This document shows, piece after piece, positions 24,631-38,084 of a stretch of 64,000 nucleotides of DNA; positions within the stretch are counted from its first letter, which is position 1, and the number at the start of each line of letters is the position of its first letter. The notes beneath the pieces were generated by a model. It searched no databases and was not told the origin of the DNA. It saw only the letters and a program-made list of their open reading frames with translations. A program made the translations under genes and the position numbers. The stretch lies in contig OX597819.1 of the NCBI GenBank assembly GCA_951406725.2, positions 52,948,001 to 53,012,000 on the forward strand, written 5' to 3'. Source of the stretch: Octopus vulgaris (lineage: Eukaryota).

Positions 24631-27600
24631 ATATATGTATATCAAAATAAGCAACAAGGATATCCAGAGGTTATGCAGTACGATCATTCCATGCAACTCC
24701 ATTTAATTAAACAATGCAAGTATTACATCAGTTTTCCCATTTTGAATTATATGGATAATACCATACTAAATTCTGGTACCATATTCAACTGAATCTAAAT
24801 TTTTACTGAACTTATACATATACTAGATAATATAGTATAAGGTAAACTATACAAGAATAGACAAGATAGTCATGGCTGGAATGCCTTTAATTATACGATC
24901 ATTAATCTTTAATTAGAGCAGACCAGGAGAATAACAATAACAATCTAGAAAAAAAAATCAGCATGAAAATTAACCTGTAAATTGAGTGTTTAGAATTTAT
25001 TAGTAGCCAAGCATTGCTGATCCTCACACTATCATTGGCCCCACATTCTACCTTTGTGCAAAGTATATCACTATATCTTCATTAAGGATACAACATAAAG
25101 AAGAAAACATTGAATGGCTGCCTAGAGAAGAACAACTGACCTTTTTTCTACTACAAATCCAAAGAAACCAAACTGAATCCATAATTTAATCAGGTAAATA
25201 AAGTTAGACAGCAAACTGAATGCACAACAAGCCAAGATTTACACTTCACTCTATACAGAAACAAGCATGCAGCCTTCTGTGCACTACAAATTTTATAATT
25301 CAGCAGAGTAAATGATGGTGGATGAAGGTAAGACTGTATGATTAAGAAACCTCAAATCACAGCTCTGTGGTTTTGAATTCAGCCTCATTGCATAGCTTCT
25401 TCAGCACACATCTATTATTACAGGACCACAGTGACCAATGCCCTGTGAGTGAAATTGGTAGCTGCATATATATGCGTGCATGTAAAATTTCTTGTATGTG
25501 TCCTCTTAAGCATATGCAACCTAATGGACCAACAAATCAAGGTCAACTAGTACCAGACTTTAAAAAATAAATATAACTGGCTAATGTCCTTCATGGTGGT
25601 GCCCCAATATTGATTGCTATAGTTTTAATGACTGAACCAAGCAAAAGAGTAAGAGAACACACACACAGGACTGAGGATGTGGAGGTGTGTTTCTAATATT
25701 TGATGCACAACCTCCATGCCTTACTTTGCTTGAAGATGAGCAACAAGAACCGAAATAAAAATAACACCTGCATCAACATTTCATTCAAATGAATGGATTG
25801 GGGGTTGGTAAGTGGGGAGAGAAGGAAAAAGAACAGATTCGATGGCACAAAGAAAAAGAAGATATTCAAATGGCAGAAAGAACAACAACAACAAAAAAAA
25901 AAGAAGAAGAAAAAGAGAGAAAAAATGAATATCTAATTGTGATTTATTCATTTTTCATTCTTGTATGGCTTAATTGCATATTTTATTTAAGCTGAATTTA
26001 ACGAAAGATTAATGAAATCAAATTAAAAGAATAAAAAAGAAAAAAAAAATCAAGTCAAAAATGTCTTCCTAACTCATACATAACAAGCAAGCAAGAATAT
26101 CTTCAGTAATGTCAGTTCCTTAACTCACCAGCTCAAAATATCAAATACTCCATTCAAACCAATGAAGTTATAGAGAGACAAAAGGTAAGTCATTCTTCAG
26201 AGATTAAATGCTATCTACAGTACTATTATTCTCTATCTTATTTTTGACCCAGATGAATCAATAAAACAGTTTGATATCAAAGATTTTAATATTTTAGCTT
26301 TTAACATCACCATCATCATCATCATCATCATTGACATCATCAGAATACTTTTCGATATTTCTTCTGATTTCTCTTTCTTCTTGCTTCTTTGCTCTCTTCT
26401 CTCTTTCTTTCATTCTTTCTTACATGAGCTACACTAACTATTGAAAGTTTTATTATCTACCAGAGGAATTGTACAGGAAACCTAGCAGAAAGAACTTCCC
26501 TAATCAGGAGAAAATTTACTTATTTTTACAAGAAACCTTTAAGCCTCCTCTACACTTCAACAAATTCTTCAAATATAATACGTACGCGTGTGTGTGTGTG
26601 TATTTTTAAAGTTGTTCTTTGTTTTCTTTTTGAAGACAATATGGCAGAAAAGCTGTACAGGCGCGTGCGCACACACACGCACATGTGTGTGTGTATGCAC
26701 ATGCATGTGTGTTCACTATATGTGTATAGTGGCACTGATTTATTCCCTCTAACCCTGGAATAATTTTTATCCCTAATCTTTCCCTATATAAGTAGTGAAA
26801 GATTAATGATAAAAAAATAATCATCTTCTTCATCATCATCATCATTATTATTATTATTTTCAAGACAATAGGGAAGAAGTCACCACAGCCACCACTGTCA
26901 CCATCACAATCATCACAATACTTATTATATACACAGTAGCAGCCATTACAATGAATGTTGACTATTTACAGCTGGCACTACAAGGAACATTATGCACTAT
27001 CTCTGCCACCACAGCCACCACCACCACCCCACTCTCCGACTTAACAAAATGTGCTAAGAATATGTATGTGATGCAGAGAAAAAAGCAGTAGAAGACACTG
27101 CCAATGCAGAGAGGAGAACATCTATTTGATAAGAATAAGAACGATACATTTCCCTCCTTTTTTTTTTTTTTATTTAAATCCTTTTTTTGTTTTGTTTTTC
27201 TGTCATGTCTTTTCTTTCTTTCTTTTTTTTTTTTTGTTGGCGTGTTTTTATTTTTAACTCTTGCTAGTGGGAGAGAGGAGAAAATAAAGAAAAAGAATCG
27301 AAATAAATCAATAAGATTAAAATGTTAAGAATCAATACCACCACAACTACTACCACCTCCGCCACCACCACCATTTATAATTGTAGATGGAATATTTTAC
27401 ATACCTTTTATAAAGTATTACAACCATCTCCATGCATCTCACTTCCCAAACTCTCTCTTTCACAACACACATACACACATTTCAAACACAATTTTCTATT
27501 TTTCTTGAAATCACCTAATCATTTTAGTTATCAAACTTCATAGAGAGAAATAGGGTTTTTTTTTTATGCATGTGTTTTGTTTAAGGTTTTTAATTATTAT

Positions 27601-27667
27601 TATTATTATTTTCTTTTCTCTCTTTTTGGTAACTAGCTTCAAAGAAAATTTAAATATCAATAGACAG

Positions 27668-27722
27668 TCCAACCCATGCTAGCATGGAGAACGGACGTTA
27701 AACGACGATGATGATGATGATG
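27668..27722 (+). mobile_element. 55-bp RTE 3' tail insertion with 8-bp target-site duplication
   Basis: tccaacccatgctagcatggagaacggacgttaaacgacg(atg)n, flanked by atagacag at 27660-27667 and 27723-27730. Confidence 0.88.
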
Positions 27723-28143
27723 ATAGACAGCAGTAAAAACATTTTTATCCTTTTCATTATTATTATTAGGTACAACTGGTGCTGAATGAAATGCTTCTTC
27801 AGTATTTAGCCATATCTCTTCGCATTCTGGGTCCTATCCCCACCTAGACTGACTTTCCCTTTCATCTCTTCAGACCTCAACAAACTAAAGTACCAGTGAA
27901 CTACTGAGGTCAACTGCATTCCCCAACAACAGCCTCTAACCCTGCCAAAAAAGAAATGCAAAACTTTTGATGAAGTGAGAAGTCATGATTAATTATAATA
28001 CCTTAAACACAAAACCAAATTATTTTTCTCCTTCGTTTCATATTTTTGTAGGTGGGTGATTTTACAATCAATTCAAATTCAAGTCAGAAGACAGTGGATA
28101 AAAAAAAATGGTAAAGTGTCCTACAAAATATAGTGTAGTATTT

Positions 28144-28627
28144 ATTGGGTCATCCCATAAATAATGCAGTTTTTTATACTTCTTTTATTTTTCAAAATGA
28201 AAATAAACTTTAATCTAAAATATACTCTCCTTCATTTTCTACAATGCTCTTCCATCTATCTGGTAGACTTGAAAGGGTCTTCTTTCAAAATTCACTTGTC
28301 CATGACAAAAAAAATACTCCTCCAGTACTGTCTACAGAATTCATATTTTCTCCATCCAAATGATTTTGAAGACTTCAGAATAAATGATAATCAGATGGAG
28401 CAATGTCCAGCAAATATGGTGGGTGGAGCATCGTTTCCCATTCAAAATGCTCCAAAGGCTGGAGCATTTTGAATGGGAAATGATGCCCTATCCACTGTAT
28501 TCGCTGGACATTGCCCCATCTGATTATCATTTATTCTGCAGTCTTCAAAATCATTTGGATGGAGAAAATATGAATTCTGTAGACGAGGTCAGAACAGCAC
28601 TGGAGGAATATTTTTTTGTCATGGACA
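28144..28627. mobile_element. Foldback (palindromic) mariner derivative
   Basis: TIR tattgggtcatcccataaataatgc at 28144. The minus strand carries a transposase C-terminus (SLPDRWKSIVENEGEYILD*) and the plus strand reads PYPLYSLDIAPSDYHLFCSLQNHL (YSPDLAPSD motif). Arms 28297-28454 and 28460-28627 are inverted copies. Confidence 0.9.
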
Positions 28628-28719
28628 TTCAAGGGCCAATTTTGCATTTCATTCTGATAAAAATAAATAGCAGTAAGATATTGAAGTCAATTATTCAACT
28701 ACACTCTCTCTCAAGATTT

Positions 28720-28940
28720 TACCAGCCTAGTGTGTCAGCTCAAATGCTTAGCAGCGTTTCTTCAAACTGTATGTTCTGAGTTCAAAGACTGCTGAGGTCA
28801 ACTTTGCTTAGACTGATAAAATGAAGTACCTGTCAAATACTGGAGTCAATACAATAATGTACCAGTTAAATACTAGGGTCAATGTAATTAACTAACCCCC
28901 TTCCCCTTTTAAAATTGCTGGCTTTGTGCAAAAATTAGAA
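28720..28940 (+). mobile_element. SINE family B, degenerate, with internal duplication
   Basis: aaatgcttagcagcgtttc...gttctgagttcaaa...gaggtcaactttgc...aaaattgctggctttgtgcaaaa. Confidence 0.7.
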
Positions 28941-29093
28941 AGAATCTCTATTAGCAATATCACAGCCCCAATTTGTTTGCTCATCGGTGGACATAAAGAC
29001 ATGCACCAAATTTCATTCACTAAGCATTGGTCAGCCCTATCCTAGAAAGAAATTTATAATACTCTACTTAATAGCATAAAAATTTAAAATGTA

Positions 29094-29463
29094 GACACAG
29101 GCATGGCTGCATGGTAAGAAGTTTGGTTTCTAACCACTTGGTCTTGAGTTCAGTTCCACTGTGTGATACCTTGGGCAAGTGTCTTCTGCTCTACCTTTGG
29201 GCTGACCAAAGCTTTGTGAGCAGAATTGGTAAACAGAAACTGAAAGGAGCTTGTCGTGTGTGTGTGCATGTGAGTCATCACAGCTTGACAACCAGTGTTG
29301 GTGTGTTTACATCCCCTAACTTAACAGTTTGGCAAAAGTGACTGAAACAATAAGTACCAAGCTTAAAAATAGAAAGAACTGGGATCACCTAAAAATTCTC
29401 CAAGACGGTGCCCCAACATGGTTGCATTTTAATGATTGAATCAAGTAGAAGATAAAAAGATAA
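29094..29463 (+). mobile_element. SINE family A, near full length
   Basis: caggcatggctgcatggtaagaag...gagttcagttccactg...ccttgggcaagtgtc...agataaaaagata. Confidence 0.82.
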
Positions 29464-30276
29464 CCACTGGCCTTCTAAAGCCATTCAGAGCTTAAATGAA
29501 ATTTTTGATGGAAGATTTCAAGAGCAATTTTTAAATGAAATATATGAGATAATATTCTCTGTTAAAATGAGAAACAAGTGTAGAATCATTTAGAATCATC
29601 TTCACCTTTCCACAAAATGGTGCATTTCAACAGAGTATCAAAAACCCTCTTTAGGAAAATACAAATATCAAGTTAAAAATTTTTAAGGTAAAAAGAAAAA
29701 CAGTAGATAATTGTATAAAAAGGCGAAAAAAAATTAATTTCAATATCAAACGGTAATTTTTTTTTTTTAATCATGAAAAACAGAAAACAGAAACTTGGCT
29801 AAGTTTATCCAAACAACATTAACAATGTAGAAAATCTGTCACAATCAACAGCCATAAGTTAGTGAAAGAACAGAATTCATATTCCACTAGAAAAGATTAG
29901 AAAAACTGTAAAAGGAAGATTAACAGAAATTTAGAGATTAACCTGAATATACAGGATTGGCAACTTGAATGAGAATAAAGCTCACAAGTGTGATACTTAT
30001 GATAAAGAAAGATTAGATTTGCAGAATTGATGAATTCTAGGGAACAATGAGTAAAAGAAGAAAACCATCAATAGAAATAATAGATCACATACACAAAGCT
30101 AGATCAGATGTATTGAAAATAAACAAAATAGAAAGGGAAAAAAATACGTGTCCTGCTGACCAAAGATAATGCTACATAAAATTCTAGACTTTATACAGCA
30201 GACCATAAGTGCTGGTTAACAGTTTATAATATTCTAAAAGTTTTTGTTTCTCCATCATATATTTTCCTTAAAAGAT

Positions 30277-30575
30277 ATCTTTTATTTTTCACTTCTTTCA
30301 GGCATTGGGCTGTGGCCATGCTGGGGCAACACCTTGAAGGGTTTTAGTCAAATAAATTGGCTTTTTTTTCTTCTTTTAACATCTTTAATCGATTGGTCTC
30401 CTATGCTGAATGAACCATTAAGTTACAGGGACATAAACAAACTAACATTGGTTGTTGAGTGGTGGGTGACAAAAACACACACACACTTCTTTTAGTCTCT
30501 GTCTACCAAATCCACTCGCAAGGCTTTAGTCAGCCCAGGACTACAGTAAAAGACACTCACCCAAAGTGCCACACA
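30277..30575 (-). mobile_element. SINE family A, 5'-truncated
   Basis: gtggccatgctggggcaacacc...ctaccaaatccactcgcaaggc...cccaaagtgccacac. Confidence 0.78.
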
Positions 30576-32273
30576 CTATATGCAAAACTTTATGTCAATG
30601 CAACATATGTTGTCATTAAGACAGCATGCTTATACAAGTATATATATATCACAATTTTATCACATTTTTGGATATGAATAGATCAGAATAAGTATTTCTA
30701 AATAAAGAGGCTGTCATTACAGTAAAGCCATCGTATAATAACTATAAGCATTACATTGTTTTAATTACAGACATAACACTTGAGCTAAACTCAAAACTCA
30801 CTAGCCAACCACATGAAAATAATTAAAAATAATTCATTCCAAAGAAACTTATATAATATAGTCAGTCAATGGCTTCAGTGATTTCTGAAGAATCTGTAGT
30901 AAAATGAAAATCATTATTTTCATACCAATTTATTTTTAATGAGTTAGTTGCTAACTAATGCTCCAAATTTAGCATCGATTTCAGTTTAGAATAACTCAAT
31001 ATAGAATAACTATATTTTAAGTGGCTACAAACAAATGTTAAAAAAATCTCCATTACAAACCTATTACAAGTATTTAATTAAAATGCTCAGAGCTGTTTTT
31101 ATTGGTTCAATTATTAAAATAGTAAGTAGGAGAAATGCACTCAGCAGTTATTGGGTACATTCCTATTATTGCTAAACACCTCAACTGCAGCATAGAAATA
31201 GGACCTGTCATCAATCAGAAAAGATTTATGCATCCAGACAAAACAATGGGTGTAGCTAGGTTTAATCATATAATGCTATGGTCAGTTATCCTACATCTTG
31301 CTTACATCTAACTCAGTGTAATTCATATATGTGACTAATGAAAGAAATTAAATGACCTCAACAACCTATGAGCAAAATTAACATCCTTGAGAAATAAATT
31401 GTTAAAAAAAAAAGATGAAAAGTTTTCTAATTGTCAATAGATAAATTAAGTTCTCCATTAAAATTGTGACCATCACCTGTGGCTTCTGTAGACCAATTTA
31501 TTATTTTCAAACAGATGGCAGAGGGCATTTTCGATTGCAAAGTTTATGTCATTGACAGAAAAGTACTTTTAATATTCTCTGGATTTTTTCCCTCATACAC
31601 AAACACCATGACAACTCAATCACAGGTCAGGCTGGTTAAAATTTTAACAGCTAAATTAATTGAATGGCAATATTGAAATATTGTAGTTAAAGGGGAATCA
31701 ATACATGAAACTATTCCAAACAACTAATTAATTTTAGCAGAAAATAATAATAATCAGATAGGTTTTACATTTTTTGAGAGAGAGAGAAAAAAACACAACT
31801 TAGAAATAAACAAAATACAAGTCCATGGACCAATTGAAATATTCTCCTCTCCCATGCTAATGCATAGAGTAACATAGTTGTTTTTTAATTACTATACTAA
31901 ATAAATATGCTAAGCGTGAGAATATTTAGTTATTAAAAGAGAGAAGGATAAAATTGCATTTTCTTTTCCAATCTAAAATTACACTGATTAGACCAATGAC
32001 AGCAATTTGCATTTCAATAAGAGACATTTAGAAACTTCAAGATCTTTAAGTGCTGTTACCGTAAAGTAAAAAAATAAATAAATAAATAATAGCTAGTTGC
32101 ACTACAGTAGCACAAAAAGCTATAGTACAAAACACTTAAAATGCATTTTCATTGTCATCTTCATTAACAATTACTATTTTAGAACTACTACTTTGCATAT
32201 TTTTAATCCAGCATTTACATAGGTCTTGTGTTATCTCCTGCCCCTCAAATATTGAATATTCCATATAAGATCC

Positions 32274-32506
32274 TTAACCCTTTCATTACCATATTTTTGT
32301 TGGAATACACTGCATATGTTTCAATTAATTATGAAAATAATGAAGAATTTAGTAAAACAACTGTCCTTATTTAGCTAGTGTTTGTTTGGAATATAATACT
32401 AATATGAAATTTTGATGAAAGTTTTTAATTTAGAACACTTTAAACTGAGAAGTTTGTATCCAAGAACCAGGGACAGAGTCCAGTAGATTGGTACCTAAAG
32501 GGTTAA
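32274..32506 (-). mobile_element. piggyBac-type MITE
   Basis: TTAA-CCCTTTCATTACC ... CCTAAAGGG-TTAA, homologous in opposite orientation to the 17671 copy. Confidence 0.8.
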
Positions 32507-33837
32507 TAACAGTACCTAGACAGGAAACAGTACTTTGTCTGGTCACTGAGAAGACAAAGAGACTAATTCACTTTAAAAAAAGTAAACTATGATACATTCT
32601 AAGAAAGGCATAGGTTTTATATATTAAATATACTAGTTGGTCAATGTAAGTTAAGTTTATAATGGACTCTTAGTTATATTGTGAAAGAGTGGAATGTTAT
32701 ACTGTAAAACAGTATAACATGTGGTTGGGTTTTTTTAAATAAAGGAAATCTCATTCCTGAAGTGATGAAAGAATTGTTGCAAAAAATGTAATGAAAGTTC
32801 ATAAAATGCAAAACTTATATCCACAATACTATTTCCAATGCTAGTAAGCTTTGTCATTATCATCATCAACAATCTAAATTCTATTTTATTTATTTACCAT
32901 TTCTATGGCTTGACTAGATCTAGAGAACTATCACTATTCTCATCCATATATGAATATCTTTTGACATTTCATCTAAGAAGCCCAACTTTATTTCAATATG
33001 CTATATCTACTTCCTTCCTAATTCTCATAACACATGCTTTCAGATATAATCCATTGCTAATGCTTTTATCTCACAGCAAAATTATTCTTAAGTCTATACC
33101 AGCCAATATGCAGTTTTTGATCAACTCACTTATGTACTCCTTAAATTCAGATTGCACATTAACCACCAGTGCATATTCTAACAAGACATGGCTATCTTTC
33201 ATTTCAAAGGAAAATAAACATGACTTAGTAACTTTCATGCCTTTCTGAATAGTACAATGAAAAGTATAAAAAAAAAAAAAAAAAAACCAATTGGCAGTTT
33301 GCTTCTTCCATTCATAAGGTAAATCAAAATGGCTTTTAACTAGGAACCAAAACTACTTAGTGAAGTCAGTTTGCAAATAACATGTCATCAATTTCCACAT
33401 TAATTGAAAAGGGATTTCTTCCTCTCATTTTCAGTTCTTTTTTCTGAATTCATTTTTATTGTCATAATATAAGGCCATGAAGATGCAGAAACTAATCCCA
33501 ATTGAGTTGATAGGAAGCCAGTATCCAAGAAATCTTGTTCATAGAAGGAAATAGTTCAGAAGTGGAAACTAACAAAACATTCACAATATAGTTACTCAGT
33601 TGTTTTCTGCTACATTCTGTACCTTTTCACATAGTACATGTTTACAGCTAGGTAGCCTGTGCCATAAAAATTTAAGTATTTCTGTCAAAACTAGTACAAT
33701 AAAATTATTCTGTAACATCAGCTAGCAAAACTTTAAGTTAAAGTCAAGTCGCTGGCACAATTGCAATCAGGAAATGGTAAATGAACCTTCATAAACTGAC
33801 TCTGCGGATATGACTCAGTATTTTATTCAATATATAA

Positions 33838-34137
33838 GGAGCAGGTGTAACTGTGTGGTAAGATGCTTGCTTCCCAACCACATGGTTCCGGGTTCAGTCA
33901 CACTGCATGATACCTTGAGCAAGTGTCTTCTACTATAACCTCAGGCTGACCAAAGCCTTGTAAGTGGATTTGGTAAATGGAAACTGAAAGAAGCCCATCG
34001 TACATGTATATATATTTATGTGTGTGTGTCTTTGTATCTGTGTTTGTCCCTCCATCATTACTTGAAAACCAATGTTGGTGTGTTTACATCCTTATAACTT
34101 AGTGGTTCAGCAAAAGAAACCAATAGAATAAGTACTA
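33838..34137 (+). mobile_element. SINE family A, 3'-truncated
   Basis: ggagcaggtgtaactgtgtggtaag...ggttccgggttcagtc...aatagaataagtact. Confidence 0.85.
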
Positions 34138-35589
34138 AACTCAGATTAGGGAAAAATTATAAGTATGTAATTTATATATTCTATAAGTCAACCATCACCA
34201 TTACTAATAATAATAATAAAATCACCATTATCATCATTTAACATCCTTTTTCGATGGGCATCATCAGCACCATTATCATGATCATTTTCATGCCTTTTCC
34301 ACACTGATAGGAGTTGCACAGGATATTTTGAAGCATTATAAAACTAGATGCCTATCCTGACACCAACCCTTTTAGTCACCTATTTATTATAGCATGCAGA
34401 GATATAGGGGACCTATTCTAAACAGCAACAACACATAGACAAAAGCTGACTCTTAAAAGTAAGGAAAATATATCGTGATATTCTGAAATTTCAGAAGAGT
34501 AAATCATTCTTTCTCTCTCTCACACACGTGCATGATAAAATGATGCTGCAACAGGTGATTGTAAACAGATCGAGGTTGTACTTTGGCACAATAGTGAGCT
34601 ACCTCTGTTCTTTAGCTGTACCACAAAAGATTCCTGAATAGCAGAAGTCTAATAATGCTAATCACCTTATCGGCATGAACATCAAGAACATATAAGGCAG
34701 AGGATGAAAGAGAGATGGGGTTCTGGAAAAAAAAAAAGTATGCCAAATTCAAACCCATTACCACCATCACCACACCACTGCCACCACTAATAACTACAAA
34801 CATTAAGTTTAATTTTAACTAAAATCAAGAGAAAGGAGAGAGAGAAAAAAAAACTGGTAGAAAATTAAATTGTCATATTTTAGTGGGGAAAGTAGTTTCA
34901 CATTTCCACAAAAATCTTGGAAGCAAAAATAAATTTGGTAAAGCTTTTAATTCTTAAGTGATCTAATTCTGAACAAGTGTTTCAAAAAAAAAAAAAATCA
35001 CTTAATGACATGTTGACTGTAGTGATGATATATATAAACTCCATACAGCAACGGTGGTGATAGTGGTGGTGGTTGTGGCGGCGGACGTGGTGGTGGTGAT
35101 AGTAGTAGTAGTAGTTGATTAGTAAAGAAAGAGACTAAAGTACTGTTGCAGTGGGGGATGTTGAAGTTGGATAATTCATTGAAGGAGGTAACAAGATTAG
35201 AGAGGAATAAATAGGAGACAGCTAAGAGCAAGAGAGATGACAAGAAGAAAATCAAATTGGTTAAGTTTACACTTTAGATAAATAAATAAATGAATACATA
35301 AATAAGCAAAGTTTGTAAAACAAAAAAAGACGAAAAAAAACTAAATAGAAAGTAATGTGTCATTATTGAAATAACGAATATTTACCTGAAAAAAAAATAA
35401 TAATACAAAATAAAATAAATTTCTTGCTCTTGTAACCAATAATGACAGCAATAATGAGATACAGGTAAAATGGAAGCTCAAATATTTTCACCAAAATGGT
35501 AAATAAATGCTTTACAAAAGTAGGAACAGAAAAGAAGGCTACTTGGTGTAATAAAATTTTAAACTGTACAATATTTCTAAAATGGTATT

Positions 35590-35750
35590 GTTGCATGATT
35601 AAGAAGTTCACTTCACTACCCTATAGTTTTCGGTTCAGTCCTACTGTGTAGCACTTTGAGCAAGAGCCATCTACTATAATCTTGGCTGATCAATGCCTTG
35701 TGAGTGAATTTGATGGATGGAAACTGTGAGAAGTTCACCATATGTGTGTG

Positions 35751-35792
<42 letters not shown>

Positions 35793-35868
35793 CACTCCCC
35801 TTGTTCAACTCTACAAAGTGGTGCTCCAGTATGAACACTGGCCACTACCAGAAACAAGCAAAAGAGTA
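35590..35868 (+). mobile_element. SINE family A, degenerate
   Basis: ggttcagtcctactgtgtagcactttgagcaag...gtgctccagtatg...gaaacaagcaaaagagt. Confidence 0.7.
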
Positions 35869-35904
35869 TATTTGGCATGTGTAAATTTTAATATATATAT
35901 TTAT

Positions 35905-36135
35905 TTATTTTTTTATTGCCCCAGGGGGTGCTAAACATAGAGGGGACAAACAAGGACAGAAAAAGGGATTAAGTCGTTTACATCAACCCCAGTGCATAAC
36001 TGGTACTTATTTAATTGACCTCAAAAGAATGAAAGGCAAAGTCGACCTTGGCAAAATTTGAACTCAGAATGTAACGGCAGATGAAATACTAAGCATTTCA
36101 GCCAGCACGCTAACAATTCTGCCAGCTTGCCGACC
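35905..36135 (-). mobile_element. SINE family B, full length
   Basis: Reverse complement of 11717-11945 (gaggggacaaacaaggac...gaaaggcaaagtcgacc...ctgccagcttgccgacc). Confidence 0.88.
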
Positions 36136-37420
36136 TATTATGCATATATATTACTACTTCAAATAGTCAGCCTGTGACCAGTACCTTTTCAGTCTCTGAA
36201 AATTATTTCAAATCATGTCTACATAACCATTTGAGTTTATCTATCAACTTCATCACACACAACTAGATACTACATACAATTTAAGGTTCATTCAACCTTT
36301 TCCTTATGCAACAAGAAATTACAAACACTTAAAAGGCTGATTAAACTTTCCTCTTTAAAAATCTATACTTCCATATCCATGCAGCTATAAAGCACACAAA
36401 CAGATGGGATAATTGTCAAAGTGGGCAATTTTATATCATACGATCTATGCAAATAAACAAAATTAATGTCAGATCTAATATATTATACTTTATGAACATT
36501 ACTTTGAAAACATAATGAATCTACTTAATCCACTAGAGTTTAATATCAAAGTTGTTCGTATAAGCACAACTTGGGATTTGTATCATCTACATAATGAGAG
36601 AAAACAGAAGATAAAACATGCTTTCAATTCAACGTGGATAAATAAAATATTAACAACAAAGTTCCTTATGGTTATTCCATTAGACAAGAAAGCATTATCC
36701 ATTATTTCAATACCAGCAACTGACACAAGCCTCTTCAATATGATATATTTAAATGAAAGTGAAAATATATAATAGAAAGAAATAAAGACAATGAAACAAA
36801 ATATTTTTATTCAATGTCATTTTAAAACATCAAGAATTTATTATCTTTCTTTTCATAGCAATCACAACAAGTATTCTACCCTGAGGTTTAATTAATTTAA
36901 ATCAACTCTAACTTAATTATTTTAAATAAGTTCTATAGGCAAAAATAATGAAAGGAATATGTTTACCTGCAGTTGGTATATTTATTGGGAAGGTGCTATT
37001 ATTGAAGATTTTTGCAACATCAGCAAACAGGATCATAGAACCTATTTGTTAAGAACCTGCATCTTCAACATGGCGGATAATCTTATTACTGTAATTAATG
37101 TATAGCAATTTGATTTATAAATATGCTCCTAACATACCATATTTGGTAATAATGTCCATCATTTGCTGGTACTTTATTTGAAGCTCACAAAACACAATGT
37201 TCAGAAAACTGTGAGACACAATAGATATTCCTCAAATTCTCCAATTTGATAAATCTTAAGATTAAGAACAAAGATCTAGAGAAACAACAGATTCTTAACT
37301 TTTATTTCCTGTACTTGACAAACTAGTACAGGTATAACCACTGAATCATTCTCCAATATGATTAAATAACATCTGGCTCCATTATTCATCAACAGAGTTG
37401 CCTTACAATTAACCACATGC

Positions 37421-37627
37421 TTAATACTTTTGCTACCGTGTCTCTTCAAATTATACTCTCTTTGTTTCAGTTAATTTTGAAGTCAATGAAGACCTTACTA
37501 AAACATGTCATTATTGAGCTGGTGTTAGGAAATTAATACGAAATTTTGATGGTAAGTTTTGATAGACAGGAGATTTGTATCATAAAACCAAGGATGGTGT
37601 CAGGCAGGTCAGCATCAAAAGGGTTAA
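37421..37627 (-). mobile_element. piggyBac-type MITE, diverged
   Basis: TTAA-tacttttgctacc ... catcaaaaGGG-TTAA, with internal similarity to the 32274 copy. Confidence 0.65.
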
Positions 37628-37856
37628 ACTGTACCTTTCGTTTGAAATTCAGTTAGTATATGTTTCTTTTTCTTGTACCCATTGAGACTTCAGCCAAGAC
37701 AGTGAACAACAGGACAACAACTGAAAATAACCAATGGCTAGAAAACAAAAACATTACACTAACCTCAAGCAAGATTACAAAAAATAGTTGATATTTAGCA
37801 CTATAAATACCATCAACATATTTCACTTATTCATGGGGCCGAGATCAACTCTTGCC

Positions 37857-38084
37857 TTAATCCTTTTGTTACCAACCTGGCTGAAACCACCTCTGGCTCT
37901 GAGTACAAATGTCTCGTTTTCATAAGTTTTGAATTAAAATCTTCCACCAAACCTTAGTCACAATTTATGTTTCTAACACTAACTGAATGATGACTAAGTT
38001 ATTTTACTTAATTCTTTGTTATATTTAAAGTAACTGAAAGAAAAACAGAGCATCTCAAAATAAATACAGTAATGAAAGGGTTAA
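37857..38084 (+). mobile_element. piggyBac-type MITE
   Basis: TTAA-tCCTTTTGTTACCAACCTGGCTGAAACC ... GTAATGAAAGGG-TTAA. Confidence 0.85.

Noticed and set aside
24650-24760. Possible third hammerhead on the minus strand (ctgatgta...ggaatg)
   Set aside because: Both catalytic boxes deviate from CUGANGA/GAAA, so this copy cannot support the call.
28912-28980. TATCACAGCC (miR-2 family 5' end) with partial upstream complement
   Set aside because: The upstream arm is a SINE tail, pairing is short, the loop is ~30 nt and the 3' half does not match miR-2.
29780-30100. TETWL motif suggestive of a LINE AP-endonuclease
   Set aside because: It is a single short motif with no continuing frame or second motif.
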